The notes below the pieces were generated by a model. That model worked only from the letters and a program-made list of their open reading frames with translations, made no database searches and had not been told where the DNA came from. Shown here piece by piece: positions 1 to 9,181 of a DNA stretch of 64,000 bases. How positions within the stretch are numbered: position 1 is the stretch's first letter; each line of letters begins with the position of its first letter. Source of the DNA: Candidatus Kapaibacterium sp. (GTDB lineage: Bacteria; Bacteroidota; Ignavibacteria; Kapaibacteriales; UBA2268); NCBI GenBank assembly GCA_038206725.1, contig JBBRAO010000014.1:192-64191 (forward strand). Direction: 5' to 3'. A program made the position numbers and the translations under genes.

Positions 1-39
1 ACCGACGACAAGGTTCAAAGACATAAAGAAAAGTGAATA

Positions 40-72
40 AACCTTCCGAAGGTTTCAAACCTTCGGAAGGTT
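40..72. repeat. REP-like palindromic element, copy 1 (AACCTTCCGAAGGTT-tca-AACCTTCGGAAGGTT)
   Basis: The two 15-nt arms are exact reverse complements separated by a 3-nt loop. It lies 22 nt upstream of the RAYT-like gene. The same element recurs at 294-326 and 666-698. Confidence 0.85.
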
Positions 73-94
73 AGGAAAAAAAGTTAGGAAAAAA

Positions 95-709
95 ATGATG
101 CAATTTTACGAAAACACATATTACCATTTATATAATAGAACGAACAATGAAGAATCACTTTTTCGTTCTGATGAAAACTATCTATATTTTTTGAAGAAAT
201 ATCGGCATTATTTAGACGATTATTTGGAAACAGTTGGATATTGTTTGATGCCAACACATTTTCATTTTTTGGTAAAGATGAAGGAAGTTAATCAACCTTC
301 CGAAGGTTTGGAACCTTCGGAAGGTTATGCTTCAAATTCCTTGATTATTTCTAGGAAAATAGGTACACTACTAAATTCTTATTCTCAAGCTTTCAACAAA
401 ATGTGGAATCGGCACGGAAATTTATTTAATCAAAAAACAAAAGCAAAAACAGTTCCATCAGATAAGTATTTAATTACTCTGCTGACGTATATTCATCAAA
501 ATCCCATACGCTCAGGATTAGTTGAAAAAGCAGAGGACTGGAAATATTCGAGTTATCAAGATTATATAGATTTAAGGAACGGCACATTGCCAAGTAAAGA
601 TTTAATATTAAGTATGATAAAGAAAACGGAATTAAAAGAATTAACTAAATTGATAATGATTAATCAACCTTCCGAAGGTTTGGAACCTTCGGAAGGTTTG
701 CGTTTTTAG
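95..709 (+). CDS. REP-associated tyrosine transposase (RAYT) / IS200-like Y1 HUH transposase
   Basis: HUH motif in MPTHFHFLV. Catalytic-Tyr region LLTYIHQNPIRSGLV. Typical N-terminal YHLYNR..N....F. Flanked and interrupted by REP hairpins. Confidence 0.8.
   Translation: MMQFYENTYYHLYNRTNNEESLFRSDENYLYFLKKYRHYLDDYLETVGYCLMPTHFHFLVKMKEVNQPSEGLEPSEGYASNSLIISRKIGTLLNSYSQAFNKMWNRHGNLFNQKTKAKTVPSDKYLITLLTYIHQNPIRSGLVEKAEDWKYSSYQDYIDLRNGTLPSKDLILSMIKKTELKELTKLIMINQPSEGLEPSEGLRF
294..326. repeat. REP-like palindromic element, copy 2, inside the RAYT coding sequence
   Basis: 33-nt hairpin (15-nt arms, loop tgg) read in-frame from codon 293 as QPSEGLEPSEG. The 38-nt string TTAATCAACCTTCCGAAGGTTTGGAACCTTCGGAAGGTT is identical at 289-326 and 661-698. 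Confidence 0.9.
666..698. repeat. REP-like palindromic element, copy 3, at the 3' end of the RAYT ORF
   Basis: Same 33-nt hairpin, again translated as QPSEGLEPSEG just before the stop codon. A degenerate half-site AACCGACGGCAAGGTT follows it, and a related string ACCGACGACAAGGTT sits at 1-15. Confidence 0.9.
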
Positions 710-772
710 GTTTGGAACCGACGGCAAGGTTATGCGTTTTCACCGTCTTTTGAATTTCTGTTGATTTTTTCG

Positions 773-780
773 TAATTTTG
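773..780 (+). promoter_or_regulatory. Candidate Bacteroidota-type -7 promoter element (TAatTTTG)
   Basis: Matches TAnnTTTG, 26 nt upstream of the holA ATG. Motif match only. Confidence 0.3.
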
Positions 781-805
781 TACATTAACAAAGTATGAAA
801 TCTTA

Positions 806-1885
806 ATGAATATTGATTTAAAGACATTATTAAAAACGGGTGATTTTCCTCCAATCCTTTTGCTCTTCGGTGAAGAGGAATATTTGGTCGAAGACGCGTA
901 TAATAGCATAATATCGAAGTTGATTAAAAGCGAAAGCGATAAGTTCAATTTCGATATATTCGATTGCGACGATAAAGCGGTTACTCAACAGCAGGTTGTG
1001 GAATGTTGCTCCGCGTATCCGATGATGAGCGAACAGCGTGTTGTTGTTTTGAAGCATTTCGACGACCTATTTTCATTGAAGGCGGGTAAGAAGAAGGATT
1101 TGGAAAACCAGCCGTTTATAAAATATGTCCAAAATCCCGCAAAGACCACGAAAGTTATTATTCGCGCCGGTTTGGGAGCATTCGCAGGTTTAACTAAGGA
1201 TTTATCCGGTAATCGTGAAAAAGCGAATAAGAAAATCAGCGGTGCAAAACTGCCGTATAATTTAATTCTTGGAAACCATAGCTGGATAGAATTTCCGAAA
1301 ATATACGAGAACCAGCAGATGGCTTGGGCATCGAAACGTTTCAAAGAACTGGGTTATGAAATTTCGCAGGAAGCATTGTATTTGCTGATAAATCAGACTA
1401 ATCCCGATTTGCGTTCTATCGCTAATGCTATCGAGCAAGTAACAATATATACCGACACAAAAAAATCAATTGATATGGATGATGTAAATCAACTATCGGG
1501 ACATTCGCGAACATATAATGTATTTGAACTACAGAAAGCGGTAGGTAACCGCGATTTGGGCTCAGCATTAAATATTATGAATAATATATTGAAAGTATCG
1601 CGCGATGAGATAGCAATTGTTTCAATTATAACCAGATATTTTATCCAACTTTGGAAACTGTACGAAGCTCAGAAACAAAATGCCGGAAATGCTCAAATTG
1701 CATCAGCTCTGGGCGTAAACCCTTATTTTATTGCTGAATTTGTCAAAGCGGGAAGATTGTATAGTGCATCGGACCTAAATTCGTCTTTTTTAGCATTAAC
1801 GACGGCGGATTTGGCTTTAAAAAGCACTTCTATAGATAGATTTGTTATACTTCAAGAAATGTTAATTAAAATAATGAGTCGATAA
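806..1885 (+). CDS. holA: DNA polymerase III subunit delta
   Basis: The N-terminus PILLLFGEEEYLVEDAY and the overall length and pattern (FDIFDCDD..., PMMSEQRVVVLKH) are typical of HolA. Confidence 0.8.
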   Translation: MNIDLKTLLKTGDFPPILLLFGEEEYLVEDAYNSIISKLIKSESDKFNFDIFDCDDKAVTQQQVVECCSAYPMMSEQRVVVLKHFDDLFSLKAGKKKDLENQPFIKYVQNPAKTTKVIIRAGLGAFAGLTKDLSGNREKANKKISGAKLPYNLILGNHSWIEFPKIYENQQMAWASKRFKELGYEISQEALYLLINQTNPDLRSIANAIEQVTIYTDTKKSIDMDDVNQLSGHSRTYNVFELQKAVGNRDLGSALNIMNNILKVSRDEIAIVSIITRYFIQLWKLYEAQKQNAGNAQIASALGVNPYFIAEFVKAGRLYSASDLNSSFLALTTADLALKSTSIDRFVILQEMLIKIMSR

Positions 1886-1969
1886 AATAAAAAACACGTA
1901 TGATAGTTTACATTTTATTGATAAATTTGTATTATATTATTCACCAAAAATAAAAAAATGAGGTAAAAA

Positions 1970-2311
1970 GTGGGTAAATTCGAAATTGAAGAATTGGAAA
2001 ACGGCTATATTGTTAAGCCAATTGGAAATATTATGTCAAGTGAAGATGCCGAAGATTTTCAGGAAATCACAGATAAAATCGCCGAGTCGGACAAAAAAAA
2101 TCTAATAATTGATTTTTCTGAAACTGCTTTGTTAGGCTCGTTATTGATTGGACATTTAGTTAGAGTACAAGCTCATTTTGACAGAAAAGATGGTAAGATT
2201 GCTTTTTGCAGGTTCCCTGAACCAGTTGATAAAGTATTGAAAATGACCAGAATCAATACTATAATTAATACTTACGATTCTTTAGAAAGTGCGCAAACAA
2301 TTTTTAAATAA
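1970..2311 (+). CDS. STAS-domain protein (anti-sigma-factor antagonist-like)
   Basis: 113 aa with a GTG start. STAS-like pattern: LIIDFSETALLGSLLIGHLVRV and C-terminal VLKMTRINTIINTYDSLESA. Confidence 0.65.
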   Translation: MGKFEIEELENGYIVKPIGNIMSSEDAEDFQEITDKIAESDKKNLIIDFSETALLGSLLIGHLVRVQAHFDRKDGKIAFCRFPEPVDKVLKMTRINTIINTYDSLESAQTIFK

Positions 2312-2334
2312 TTGTAAAGTAATTTTTTTAAAAC

Positions 2335-2366
2335 AAGCCGCACGATAAACAGTTTGCGGCTTTTGT
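2335..2366 (+). terminator. Rho-independent terminator
   Basis: AAGCCGCA / TGCGGCTT stem followed by a T-rich tract, directly after the STAS gene. Confidence 0.7.
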
Positions 2367-2384
2367 CGTTAATTTATTTTAAAT

Positions 2385-3686
2385 ATGAAAAAAATATTAA
2401 TTTTATTTGCTATTCTTCCGATATTATTGGTGTCTTGTAAAAATCGAAGTTCTAATGATGTGGAAATTTTAAATAAAACAGGTAGGAACTTCGTAATCTT
2501 AGCCTTAAGTTTGGGCGATTATGATGAAAATTATGTTGACGCGTATTTTGGACCGGACAGTTTAAAGCTAAAAGCCAAGGCTTTAGGTTTGAGATTGGAC
2601 GATATTAAATCGAAAGCTAACGATAATCTAGACGAACTAAAAAGTTTAGATGTTAGCGTTGATTCATTGAAATACCGCAGAGAATTTCAAATCAACTTTT
2701 ATCAATCTATGTTAGCGAGGATAGATTATTTAAGTGGAAAAAAAACGACTTTTGATGAAGAATCTAAAGCTATATATGGAGTTGTAGCTCCTCGCTTTGA
2801 TTCTAAGTTTTATTCATCAGTTCTATTCAGCTTGGATAGTGCATTGCCGAAGGGAAAAGGTTCAATTAAAGATAGATTATCGGAATTTAAAAAACGATAT
2901 ATTATTCCTGAAGATAAATTGGATACGGTTTTTAAAGTGGCAATAGCTAAAGCTCGCTATCAAACTGTCAAATTTATCAAGCTCCCTAAAGGTGAAAATT
3001 TCAAGCTTGAGTTTGTTAAAGGCAAATCCTGGGGAGCATATAATTGGTTTCAGGGTAACTCTCAAAGCCTGATACAGATAAATACCGAAGTTCCAATTTA
3101 TATTGATAGACCAATCGATTTAGCTTGCCACGAAGGTTACCCCGGACACCACGTGTTTCATTCCACAATCGAAAGCGAATATGTCAAAAAGCGCGGTTGG
3201 GTAGAATTTTCAATTTATCCGCTGTTTTCCCCAATGTCGCTTATATCGGAAGGTGCGGCAAATGCAGGGTTTGAAATAGCTTTTGAAAAGAAAGCCCGTA
3301 GAAAATTCGAAAAGCAGGTTTTGTTTCCACTCGCCGGAATTGATACAACATTAGCGGATAAATATTATAAAGTAATGGAATTGCTCGGTAAATTGGATAA
3401 TGCCTCAACCGATATCGCACGTGATTATTTGGACGGAAAAATTTCAAAAGCGAAAGCAAAAGACTTACTAATAAATTATAAATTGCAAACTCCTGAAAGA
3501 GCCGATATGAACATCCAATTTTTTGAAATATATCGCTCATATTTAATAAACTATACTCTTGGTCAAAAAATGATTGAGAATTATCTTTCTAAGAAGAATT
3601 CAAGAACTGAAAAAGAAAAATGGCAAGAGTTTTATAAATTACTAAAAAGACCACCATTACCTAAGGATCTATTAACTTATGAATAA
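2385..3686 (+). CDS. DUF885-like lipoprotein (putative metallopeptidase-like)
   Basis: Lipoprotein signal (LLVSCKN). HEGYPGHH motif characteristic of the DUF885 family. Confidence 0.6.
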   Translation: MKKILILFAILPILLVSCKNRSSNDVEILNKTGRNFVILALSLGDYDENYVDAYFGPDSLKLKAKALGLRLDDIKSKANDNLDELKSLDVSVDSLKYRREFQINFYQSMLARIDYLSGKKTTFDEESKAIYGVVAPRFDSKFYSSVLFSLDSALPKGKGSIKDRLSEFKKRYIIPEDKLDTVFKVAIAKARYQTVKFIKLPKGENFKLEFVKGKSWGAYNWFQGNSQSLIQINTEVPIYIDRPIDLACHEGYPGHHVFHSTIESEYVKKRGWVEFSIYPLFSPMSLISEGAANAGFEIAFEKKARRKFEKQVLFPLAGIDTTLADKYYKVMELLGKLDNASTDIARDYLDGKISKAKAKDLLINYKLQTPERADMNIQFFEIYRSYLINYTLGQKMIENYLSKKNSRTEKEKWQEFYKLLKRPPLPKDLLTYE

Positions 3687-4257
3687 ACTATCCACCGAAA
3701 TAAAAACACTAAAACGATATTGGATAACACAACAAATCGGCACAAGTCTTATTTTTCTGATGTTTTATCTATTTTTGAAAATCAACATCGGCAAGATTTT
3801 ACTCCCAATTTTAACCTATCAGGACTACTTAAACGTTGATTTAATTCTTCCTGTACTGAACTCGGCACGAAGCCAATTGATTTTTGTTATAGCATTTTCT
3901 TTTATAGCTATGGGAGTAGTTTTTGTATATGACTCAATGGGTAAATGGAGTTTTAAACTCACAGAATATATAGCATATCTCAACATTGTATTCTTTTCGG
4001 CATTTGCTGTAGCCGGGATATTCTTCTCCAGAGCTCTTTTTAATGAGCGGGGTGGGGTATTGGTTCACGATTTGAATATATATATTATTATTATTGATGT
4101 ATTATTGCTTGCATTCGGCTGTATAATGGTCTATACAAATATCAGTTCTATCAAATTGGTACTTTCGATCACAGGTAATAAAAATAATAAACACAATATA
4201 GAAACTGAAGAAATTAAAGATTTAGAAACAGATAAAGATATTAATGAATTATTATAA
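3679..4257 (+). CDS. Hypothetical multi-pass membrane protein
   Basis: Several hydrophobic segments. The start overlaps the upstream stop by 8 nt (coupled). No recognisable motif. Confidence 0.5.
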   Translation: MNKLSTEIKTLKRYWITQQIGTSLIFLMFYLFLKINIGKILLPILTYQDYLNVDLILPVLNSARSQLIFVIAFSFIAMGVVFVYDSMGKWSFKLTEYIAYLNIVFFSAFAVAGIFFSRALFNERGGVLVHDLNIYIIIIDVLLLAFGCIMVYTNISSIKLVLSITGNKNNKHNIETEEIKDLETDKDINELL

Positions 4258-4291
4258 TTGGCGTATAATTTTTAAATTACGTATAATTTGT

Positions 4292-4299
4292 TAATTTTG
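4292..4299 (+). promoter_or_regulatory. Candidate -7 promoter element (TAatTTTG)
   Basis: TAnnTTTG match 23 nt upstream of the purS ATG. Motif match only. Confidence 0.3.
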
Positions 4300-4321
4300 T
4301 AAATAAAAATTCGAGGATTAA

Positions 4322-4576
4322 ATGAAAAGATATTCGGTAAAAATCTACATCACTCTACGCGAAGGAATTTTAGATGTTCAAGGCAAAACAGTAGAACACG
4401 CTTTACATTCTATTTCTTTTGATACATTAAGCGATCTTAAGATAGGTAAATTCATTCGTTTAAACGTTGAAGCAGAAAATATTGATAACGCACGCAAATT
4501 AATAGATGATGCCTGCAAACAGCTTATTGCTAATCCGATAATTGAAGATTATCAAATTGATTTAGAAGAAATTTAA
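4322..4576 (+). CDS. purS: Phosphoribosylformylglycinamidine synthase subunit PurS
   Basis: 84 aa. VKIYITLREGILDVQGKTVEHAL is the PurS signature. Immediately precedes purQ. Confidence 0.9.
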   Translation: MKRYSVKIYITLREGILDVQGKTVEHALHSISFDTLSDLKIGKFIRLNVEAENIDNARKLIDDACKQLIANPIIEDYQIDLEEI

Positions 4577-4585
4577 GGCGAAAAA

Positions 4586-5281
4586 ATGAAATTTGGTATA
4601 ATACAATTTCCCGGTTCAAACTGCGACCACGATGCGTTCTATGCAACTAAATTCAATTTAGGAGCGGAATCGGAATATATTTGGCATAAAGAAACAGTTC
4701 TGCCAAATAATTTGGATTGCATTATCTTACCGGGAGGCTTTTCTTACGGTGATTATCTTCGTACAGGCTCAATTGCAAGTATTTCACCTGTAATGAGAGC
4801 GGTAAAGGAATTTGCAGATAAAGGCGGTTATGTAATAGGTATCTGTAATGGTTTTCAAATTTTAACGGAATCAGGTTTATTGCCCGGTGTTCTGCTGAGA
4901 AATACATCATTGAAATTTATCTGTAAAGATATATATTTAAAAGTTGAAAATAAAACAACATCTTTTACATCGGCAATCACAAAAGATGTACTTAGGATTC
5001 CAATAGCTCATAACGAAGGCAATTATTTCGCTCAAAATGAAACTATAAAAGAATTGGAAGACACCGGTAGAATAGTTTTCCGTTATTCATCACCCGAAGG
5101 CATCGTAAGCACTGAATATAACCCTAACGGTGCGATTAACAATATTGCCGGAATAGTGAATGAAAAAGGCAATGTGTTGGGTATGATGCCCCATCCGGAA
5201 CGTTATAGTGACGAGATGTTGGGCTGTAATGACGGGTTAATGGTATTCGAATCATTACTCGCTACAATTAATAATAAATAA
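4586..5281 (+). CDS. purQ: Phosphoribosylformylglycinamidine synthase glutaminase subunit PurQ
   Basis: [14 protein letters not shown], nucleophile context GICNGFQIL, and C-terminal MMPHPER. Confidence 0.9.
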   Translation: MKFGIIQFPGSNCDHDAFYATKFNLGAESEYIWHKETVLPNNLDCIILPGGFSYGDYLRTGSIASISPVMRAVKEFADKGGYVIGICNGFQILTESGLLPGVLLRNTSLKFICKDIYLKVENKTTSFTSAITKDVLRIPIAHNEGNYFAQNETIKELEDTGRIVFRYSSPEGIVSTEYNPNGAINNIAGIVNEKGNVLGMMPHPERYSDEMLGCNDGLMVFESLLATINNK

Positions 5282-5292
5282 GGAATCTATAT

Positions 5293-5496
5293 ATGGCTTT
5301 AATAGGTATAGGTGCACCGGAAATCATTCTCGTTATTGTGGTTATTGTGTTGGTTTTTGGAGCGAAGAAAATTCCCGAATTAATGAGAGGGTTAGGAAGC
5401 GGATTGAAAGAATTCAAAAATGCCGCTAACGACGTTGATAAAAAGAAAGATACGAAAAGTGAAATTCCACCTGCTGACGATTCAGATAAACTATAA
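5293..5496 (+). CDS. tatA: Twin-arginine translocase subunit TatA/E
   Basis: [36 protein letters not shown] is the canonical TatA N-terminus. Confidence 0.9.
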   Translation: MALIGIGAPEIILVIVVIVLVFGAKKIPELMRGLGSGLKEFKNAANDVDKKKDTKSEIPPADDSDKL

Positions 5497-5514
5497 CCAA
5501 ATTGAGGTATAGAA

Positions 5515-5685
5515 ATGTTTGACGTTGGGGGCGGAGAGCTTGTATTAATATTATTGGTTGCGGCTTTGTTGTTCGGACCAAAAGATATTCCCAAGATTGC
5601 AAAAAAAATGGGAGACTTTGTGAATTCGGTTCGTAAAACACGAAACGAATTCACAAAGCAACTTAAAGATTTAGATAAAGATTAA
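5515..5685 (+). CDS. Second Tat-family subunit (TatB-like or TatA paralogue), 56 aa
   Basis: Below the ORF-track cutoff, translated by hand: MFDVGGGELVLILLVAALLFGPKDIPKIAKKMGDFVNSVRKTRNEFTKQLKDLDKD. It has the F-G-x-x-E-hydrophobic-FGP-K-x-(I/L)P Tat signature. The GAGG at 5504-5507 is a possible RBS. Confidence 0.7.
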   Translation: MFDVGGGELVLILLVAALLFGPKDIPKIAKKMGDFVNSVRKTRNEFTKQLKDLDKD

Positions 5686-6560
5686 TAAGTAAATATTAAT
5701 AAAATATAGATCAAAACCGTAGGCATTACAAACAAAGTGCTGTCTAAACGATCTAAAAAACCGCCGTGCCCAGGAAGTATAGAAGAGCTATCTTTTATCA
5801 GGGCGTGGCGTTTTAGTTTTGACTCGAACAAATCGCCAATTTGACCGGAAACAGCAATTAATATACCAATTACGATTATATGAACATTAGGAAATTCTGC
5901 GAAGAAGAGTGCTTTTATTAAATATAATCCTAAAACAGTAAATATTAAATTTGCTATAGCTCCTTCCCACGATTTATTTGGGCTTACAGAACGGTATATT
6001 TTATGTTTACCAATAGCTTTGCCAATAAAATACGCCGCTGAATCCCCAATCCAAATTGCCGCGAAAACAGAAATTACAAACTTTGCGCAAAATATGTCGT
6101 TCAAAAGTAAATCAAATTCAGTATAATAGCTCAATTTTGAAACATAAAGCATCCGAAGAATGATTAATGCCATAAATGGTAGAGTGATGTATGGTATATA
6201 ACTCATAGAATTTGCGAAAGAATTTAAAGGATGTTTATCTTTATTGAACAGTGACAAGGCGGCTGTAAATAAAAATATAGCAATAAAAGCCAAAAAGAAT
6301 ATATATCCGACTTTTTCCAAACCACTTTGATTTAAAATAACATAGAGCCCCATTATCAATGCCGCATTGATAGTGTAGGCAGAATATTTAAAAACCTTTT
6401 GATTGATATGCTTAAAAAGGTTAAAATATTCGTAAATGCAAAGAGAACTTAATATGATTGCGGCTGCAACCAATGCCAGACCACCTAAATACAAAACAAC
6501 TATAGCGATTGGGATTCCGATTACGGCTGTCAATACTCTTTTTGCTAATTCTTTTTTCAT
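5682..6560 (-). CDS. cdsA: Phosphatidate cytidylyltransferase
   Basis: KSWEGAIANL and PGHGGFLDRLDS motifs. Polytopic membrane protein. Confidence 0.9.
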   Translation of the reverse strand: MKKELAKRVLTAVIGIPIAIVVLYLGGLALVAAAIILSSLCIYEYFNLFKHINQKVFKYSAYTINAALIMGLYVILNQSGLEKVGYIFFLAFIAIFLFTAALSLFNKDKHPLNSFANSMSYIPYITLPFMALIILRMLYVSKLSYYTEFDLLLNDIFCAKFVISVFAAIWIGDSAAYFIGKAIGKHKIYRSVSPNKSWEGAIANLIFTVLGLYLIKALFFAEFPNVHIIVIGILIAVSGQIGDLFESKLKRHALIKDSSSILPGHGGFLDRLDSTLFVMPTVLIYILLIFTY

Positions 6561-6670
6561 ATATCACCTATATTGAAATTTACGATAATTTAAAAATGCT
6601 TATTTGAACAATCAAAAATAATAAAAAAAACCAATCGTTTATACACCATTATTAAAATTATGGAACAAAA

Positions 6671-7393
6671 ATGCAAAACGAATATGCAAACAATTACTCG
6701 GGTCAAAAATACGAGGCAATCGAAAAAGCGCAAACAAAGTTTATGTCGCGTGTTTATAGCTGGATGCTCGCAGGATTAGTAGCGACCACAGCCGCGGCTT
6801 ACTTTACAGTAACAAGCGGGCTTTTGAAAACAATTTATAGTAATTCCATTTTATTAATTTTCTTGATAGCCTGCGAATTCGGTTTAGTTATATTTTTATC
6901 GGCACGAATTAACAAAATGAAAGCCTCCACAGCTATAATGGCATTTTTAGGCTACGCTGGATTGACAGGAGTAACTTTATCCGGATTATTGGCAGTATAT
7001 TCAACCGATGCTATAGTTTCGGCATTCGGCATTTCCGCCGGTATGTTCGCATCCTTGAGTTTGTACGGCTACGTTACAAAGAAAAATCTTTCAGCGTGGG
7101 GTAGTTTCCTATATATGGGTTTGGTTGGAATCATTTTGATGGGCGTATTAAATTTCTTCGTTCATAGCAACGCGCTTTGGTTTGTTTTTAATATTGCCGG
7201 TATTATAATTTTTGCAGGATTAACCGCTTATGACACACAAAAAATCAAAGAAATGTTTTATTTGCAGGTTCAAGGCGGGGAAGCGGCATCGAAAGGCGCT
7301 ATTATGGGTGCTTTGCGCTTGTACCTCGACTTTATTAACTTATTCCTAATGATACTACGCTTAGTCGGCGGTGGCGGTGGAAGTAGAAACTAA
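6671..7393 (+). CDS. BAX inhibitor-1/YccA family membrane protein
   Basis: FMSRVYSWMLAGL, seven hydrophobic segments, and C-terminal GALRLYLDFINLFL, typical of the family. Confidence 0.85.
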   Translation: MQNEYANNYSGQKYEAIEKAQTKFMSRVYSWMLAGLVATTAAAYFTVTSGLLKTIYSNSILLIFLIACEFGLVIFLSARINKMKASTAIMAFLGYAGLTGVTLSGLLAVYSTDAIVSAFGISAGMFASLSLYGYVTKKNLSAWGSFLYMGLVGIILMGVLNFFVHSNALWFVFNIAGIIIFAGLTAYDTQKIKEMFYLQVQGGEAASKGAIMGALRLYLDFINLFLMILRLVGGGGGSRN

Positions 7394-7727
7394 AACAATT
7401 GTTAATTGTCAATGAGAAGAATATAAAAATTAAAAAGAGGAAAATAATCCCGAAGGGATTTAAAATGAATAGCCCTGAATGAAATTCGGGGTGAATGATA
7501 ACAATGTCTTTCTGACTCCGACTGAGCCAAACGTGAGTTAGGAACAGTATATATTCTGGTCCCTAATTTGAATAATATTGAAATAAGTGAAACCATCTAC
7601 GACGGATGTAGTTGATTAAGTTACTGCACCTACTCAGCTGACGTAAATATAGCATATATTGAATTGTGATAATATAAAAATAAATAGTATTTTTGTAATG
7701 ATTATTTTAAAAAAATGGGTAAGTTAA

Positions 7728-8012
7728 ATGTTTAGAATTGAATTTGTTGAAACATTGAATAAGAAAAAACCATTTGAAGAATTTATTAATGAACTAAATT
7801 TGATAGAGCAAGCGGAAGTTTTTGTTGCAATTAATAAATTATGCGACCTGAAGAATAAAAATATTATTGTTCCGACAAACATTACGAAATATATTAGAGA
7901 TGGAATTTTCGAATTAAGAGTTCATCACAAAAATAAAATTTCCAGAAGTTTCTATTTTTATTATGTTGAACACAGAATTGTGTTTACTAATGGATTTGTT
8001 AAAAAAACTTAA
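7728..8012 (+). CDS. RelE/ParE-superfamily toxin (HigB / phage Gp49-like), probably truncated at the 3' end by a frameshift
   Basis: IFELRVHHKNKISRSFYFYYVEHRIVFTNGFVKKT resembles Gp49-like toxins. The expected C-terminal tail KIPNKEMDKAIK continues in the -1 frame after the A-rich run at 8001-8015. Confidence 0.6.
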   Translation: MFRIEFVETLNKKKPFEEFINELNLIEQAEVFVAINKLCDLKNKNIIVPTNITKYIRDGIFELRVHHKNKISRSFYFYYVEHRIVFTNGFVKKT

Positions 8013-8083
8013 AAATCCCAAACAAAGAAATGGACAAAGCTATTAAATAAAAAAATGAATTTCAATCTATTTCGGAGACATAA

Positions 8084-8290
8084 ATGAAAACAAATTATGA
8101 AGAATTATTAGAAAATAAATTATTAGACCCTGAATTTAGAGTTCAGTATCTATTAGCTAAAGAAAAATTTGATTTGGAGTTAATGATTGATTCGATTAGA
8201 GAAAGTATCAAGCTCAAAAAATCCGCAAATACTATTATGCGAAGAGTTAATACATTATCAAAACATATTCACAAGATAAGTTTATACTAA
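8084..8290 (+). CDS. Putative cognate antitoxin
   Basis: The N-terminus LLDPEFRVQYLLAKEKFDLEL resembles the leader of HigA-like antitoxins. The ATG abuts a TAA in the toxin tail frame. The HTH part is not convincing. Confidence 0.45.
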   Translation: MKTNYEELLENKLLDPEFRVQYLLAKEKFDLELMIDSIRESIKLKKSANTIMRRVNTLSKHIHKISLY

Positions 8291-8684
8291 TACATTTTAT
8301 TAGCATTATTTGAAACCAAAATATGGGTTTGCAATAACGAGACTGTCTCAAAACTCCAATATTGACAAACCTACCAGGGCGAATATTCTACTGTGTTATT
8401 GATAAATATAGTATAATAGACGCCTAAGTCTGTTCCAAAATTGAACAATTAGTGTTTAAAGACCGTCACGAAAAAAAAAAGGGAAGCATAAATTTGTTTC
8501 TCTTTTTTTTCACCTTCTCAGGAAGCAATCTTATCAAGAAAAGTGTATTGTTTGGATTTACTATTGGATAACAGAAGATTAATAATCATTAAAAAAAATA
8601 AAATAATTATTTCAGTTAATCGTTGATACAATCAATTATTGTTAAAATAAACAGTTGATTAAAAACAAATAGGATTTGTAATAA

Positions 8685-9125
8685 ATGAACGATGAAGAAT
8701 TACCTTTCGGTTTAATTGTAGGAAAGATGGTGCACGATGTATTCAGAGTGCTAAAAACTCGAACTGAGGTTGGACTCACAGAGAAGTTATCCATTCATCA
8801 TTTGGGTTTACTGCTGGCAATTAGTAAAAACGAGCACGATGTGATTCAACAAGATATGGCAACTAAACTAGGTAAAGACAAATCTGCTATTTTAAGGTTG
8901 ATTGATGCTTTAGAAGAAAAGAAGTTAGTTTCGAGAGTTCCCGATGTAGAAGACAGAAGAAAAAATAAATTAATTCTAACCGATCAAGGGAACGAAGTAA
9001 TTAACGAATTTATGATAATTGATAAAGGAGTGTTTGAAGATTTATGCGTCGGGTTAACCAAAGATGAATTAAACACTTTCTTTACAGTTCTAGAAAAAAT
9101 TAAAGATAACGCGCAAAAACTGTAA
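8685..9125 (+). CDS. MarR family transcriptional regulator
   Basis: 146 aa with a winged-HTH pattern (QQDMATKLGKDKSAILRLIDALEEKKLVSRVPDVEDRRKNKLILT). Heads an efflux operon. Confidence 0.85.
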   Translation: MNDEELPFGLIVGKMVHDVFRVLKTRTEVGLTEKLSIHHLGLLLAISKNEHDVIQQDMATKLGKDKSAILRLIDALEEKKLVSRVPDVEDRRKNKLILTDQGNEVINEFMIIDKGVFEDLCVGLTKDELNTFFTVLEKIKDNAQKL

Positions 9126-9181
9126 ACATTTTAGGGATTTAATCGTAGATTAAGTCAATTATTGATAATAAAAACGAATAG

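Noticed and set aside
7402-7596. 64-aa minus-strand ORF in the BI-1/toxin spacer.
   Set aside because: It has no motif and no RBS context, and it overlaps hairpin structures. I treat the region as non-coding or possible RNA instead.
8623-8635. TTGAT-aca-ATCAA upstream of the MarR gene, as a possible operator.
   Set aside because: It has only 5-bp arms in AT-rich DNA, so it is expected by chance.
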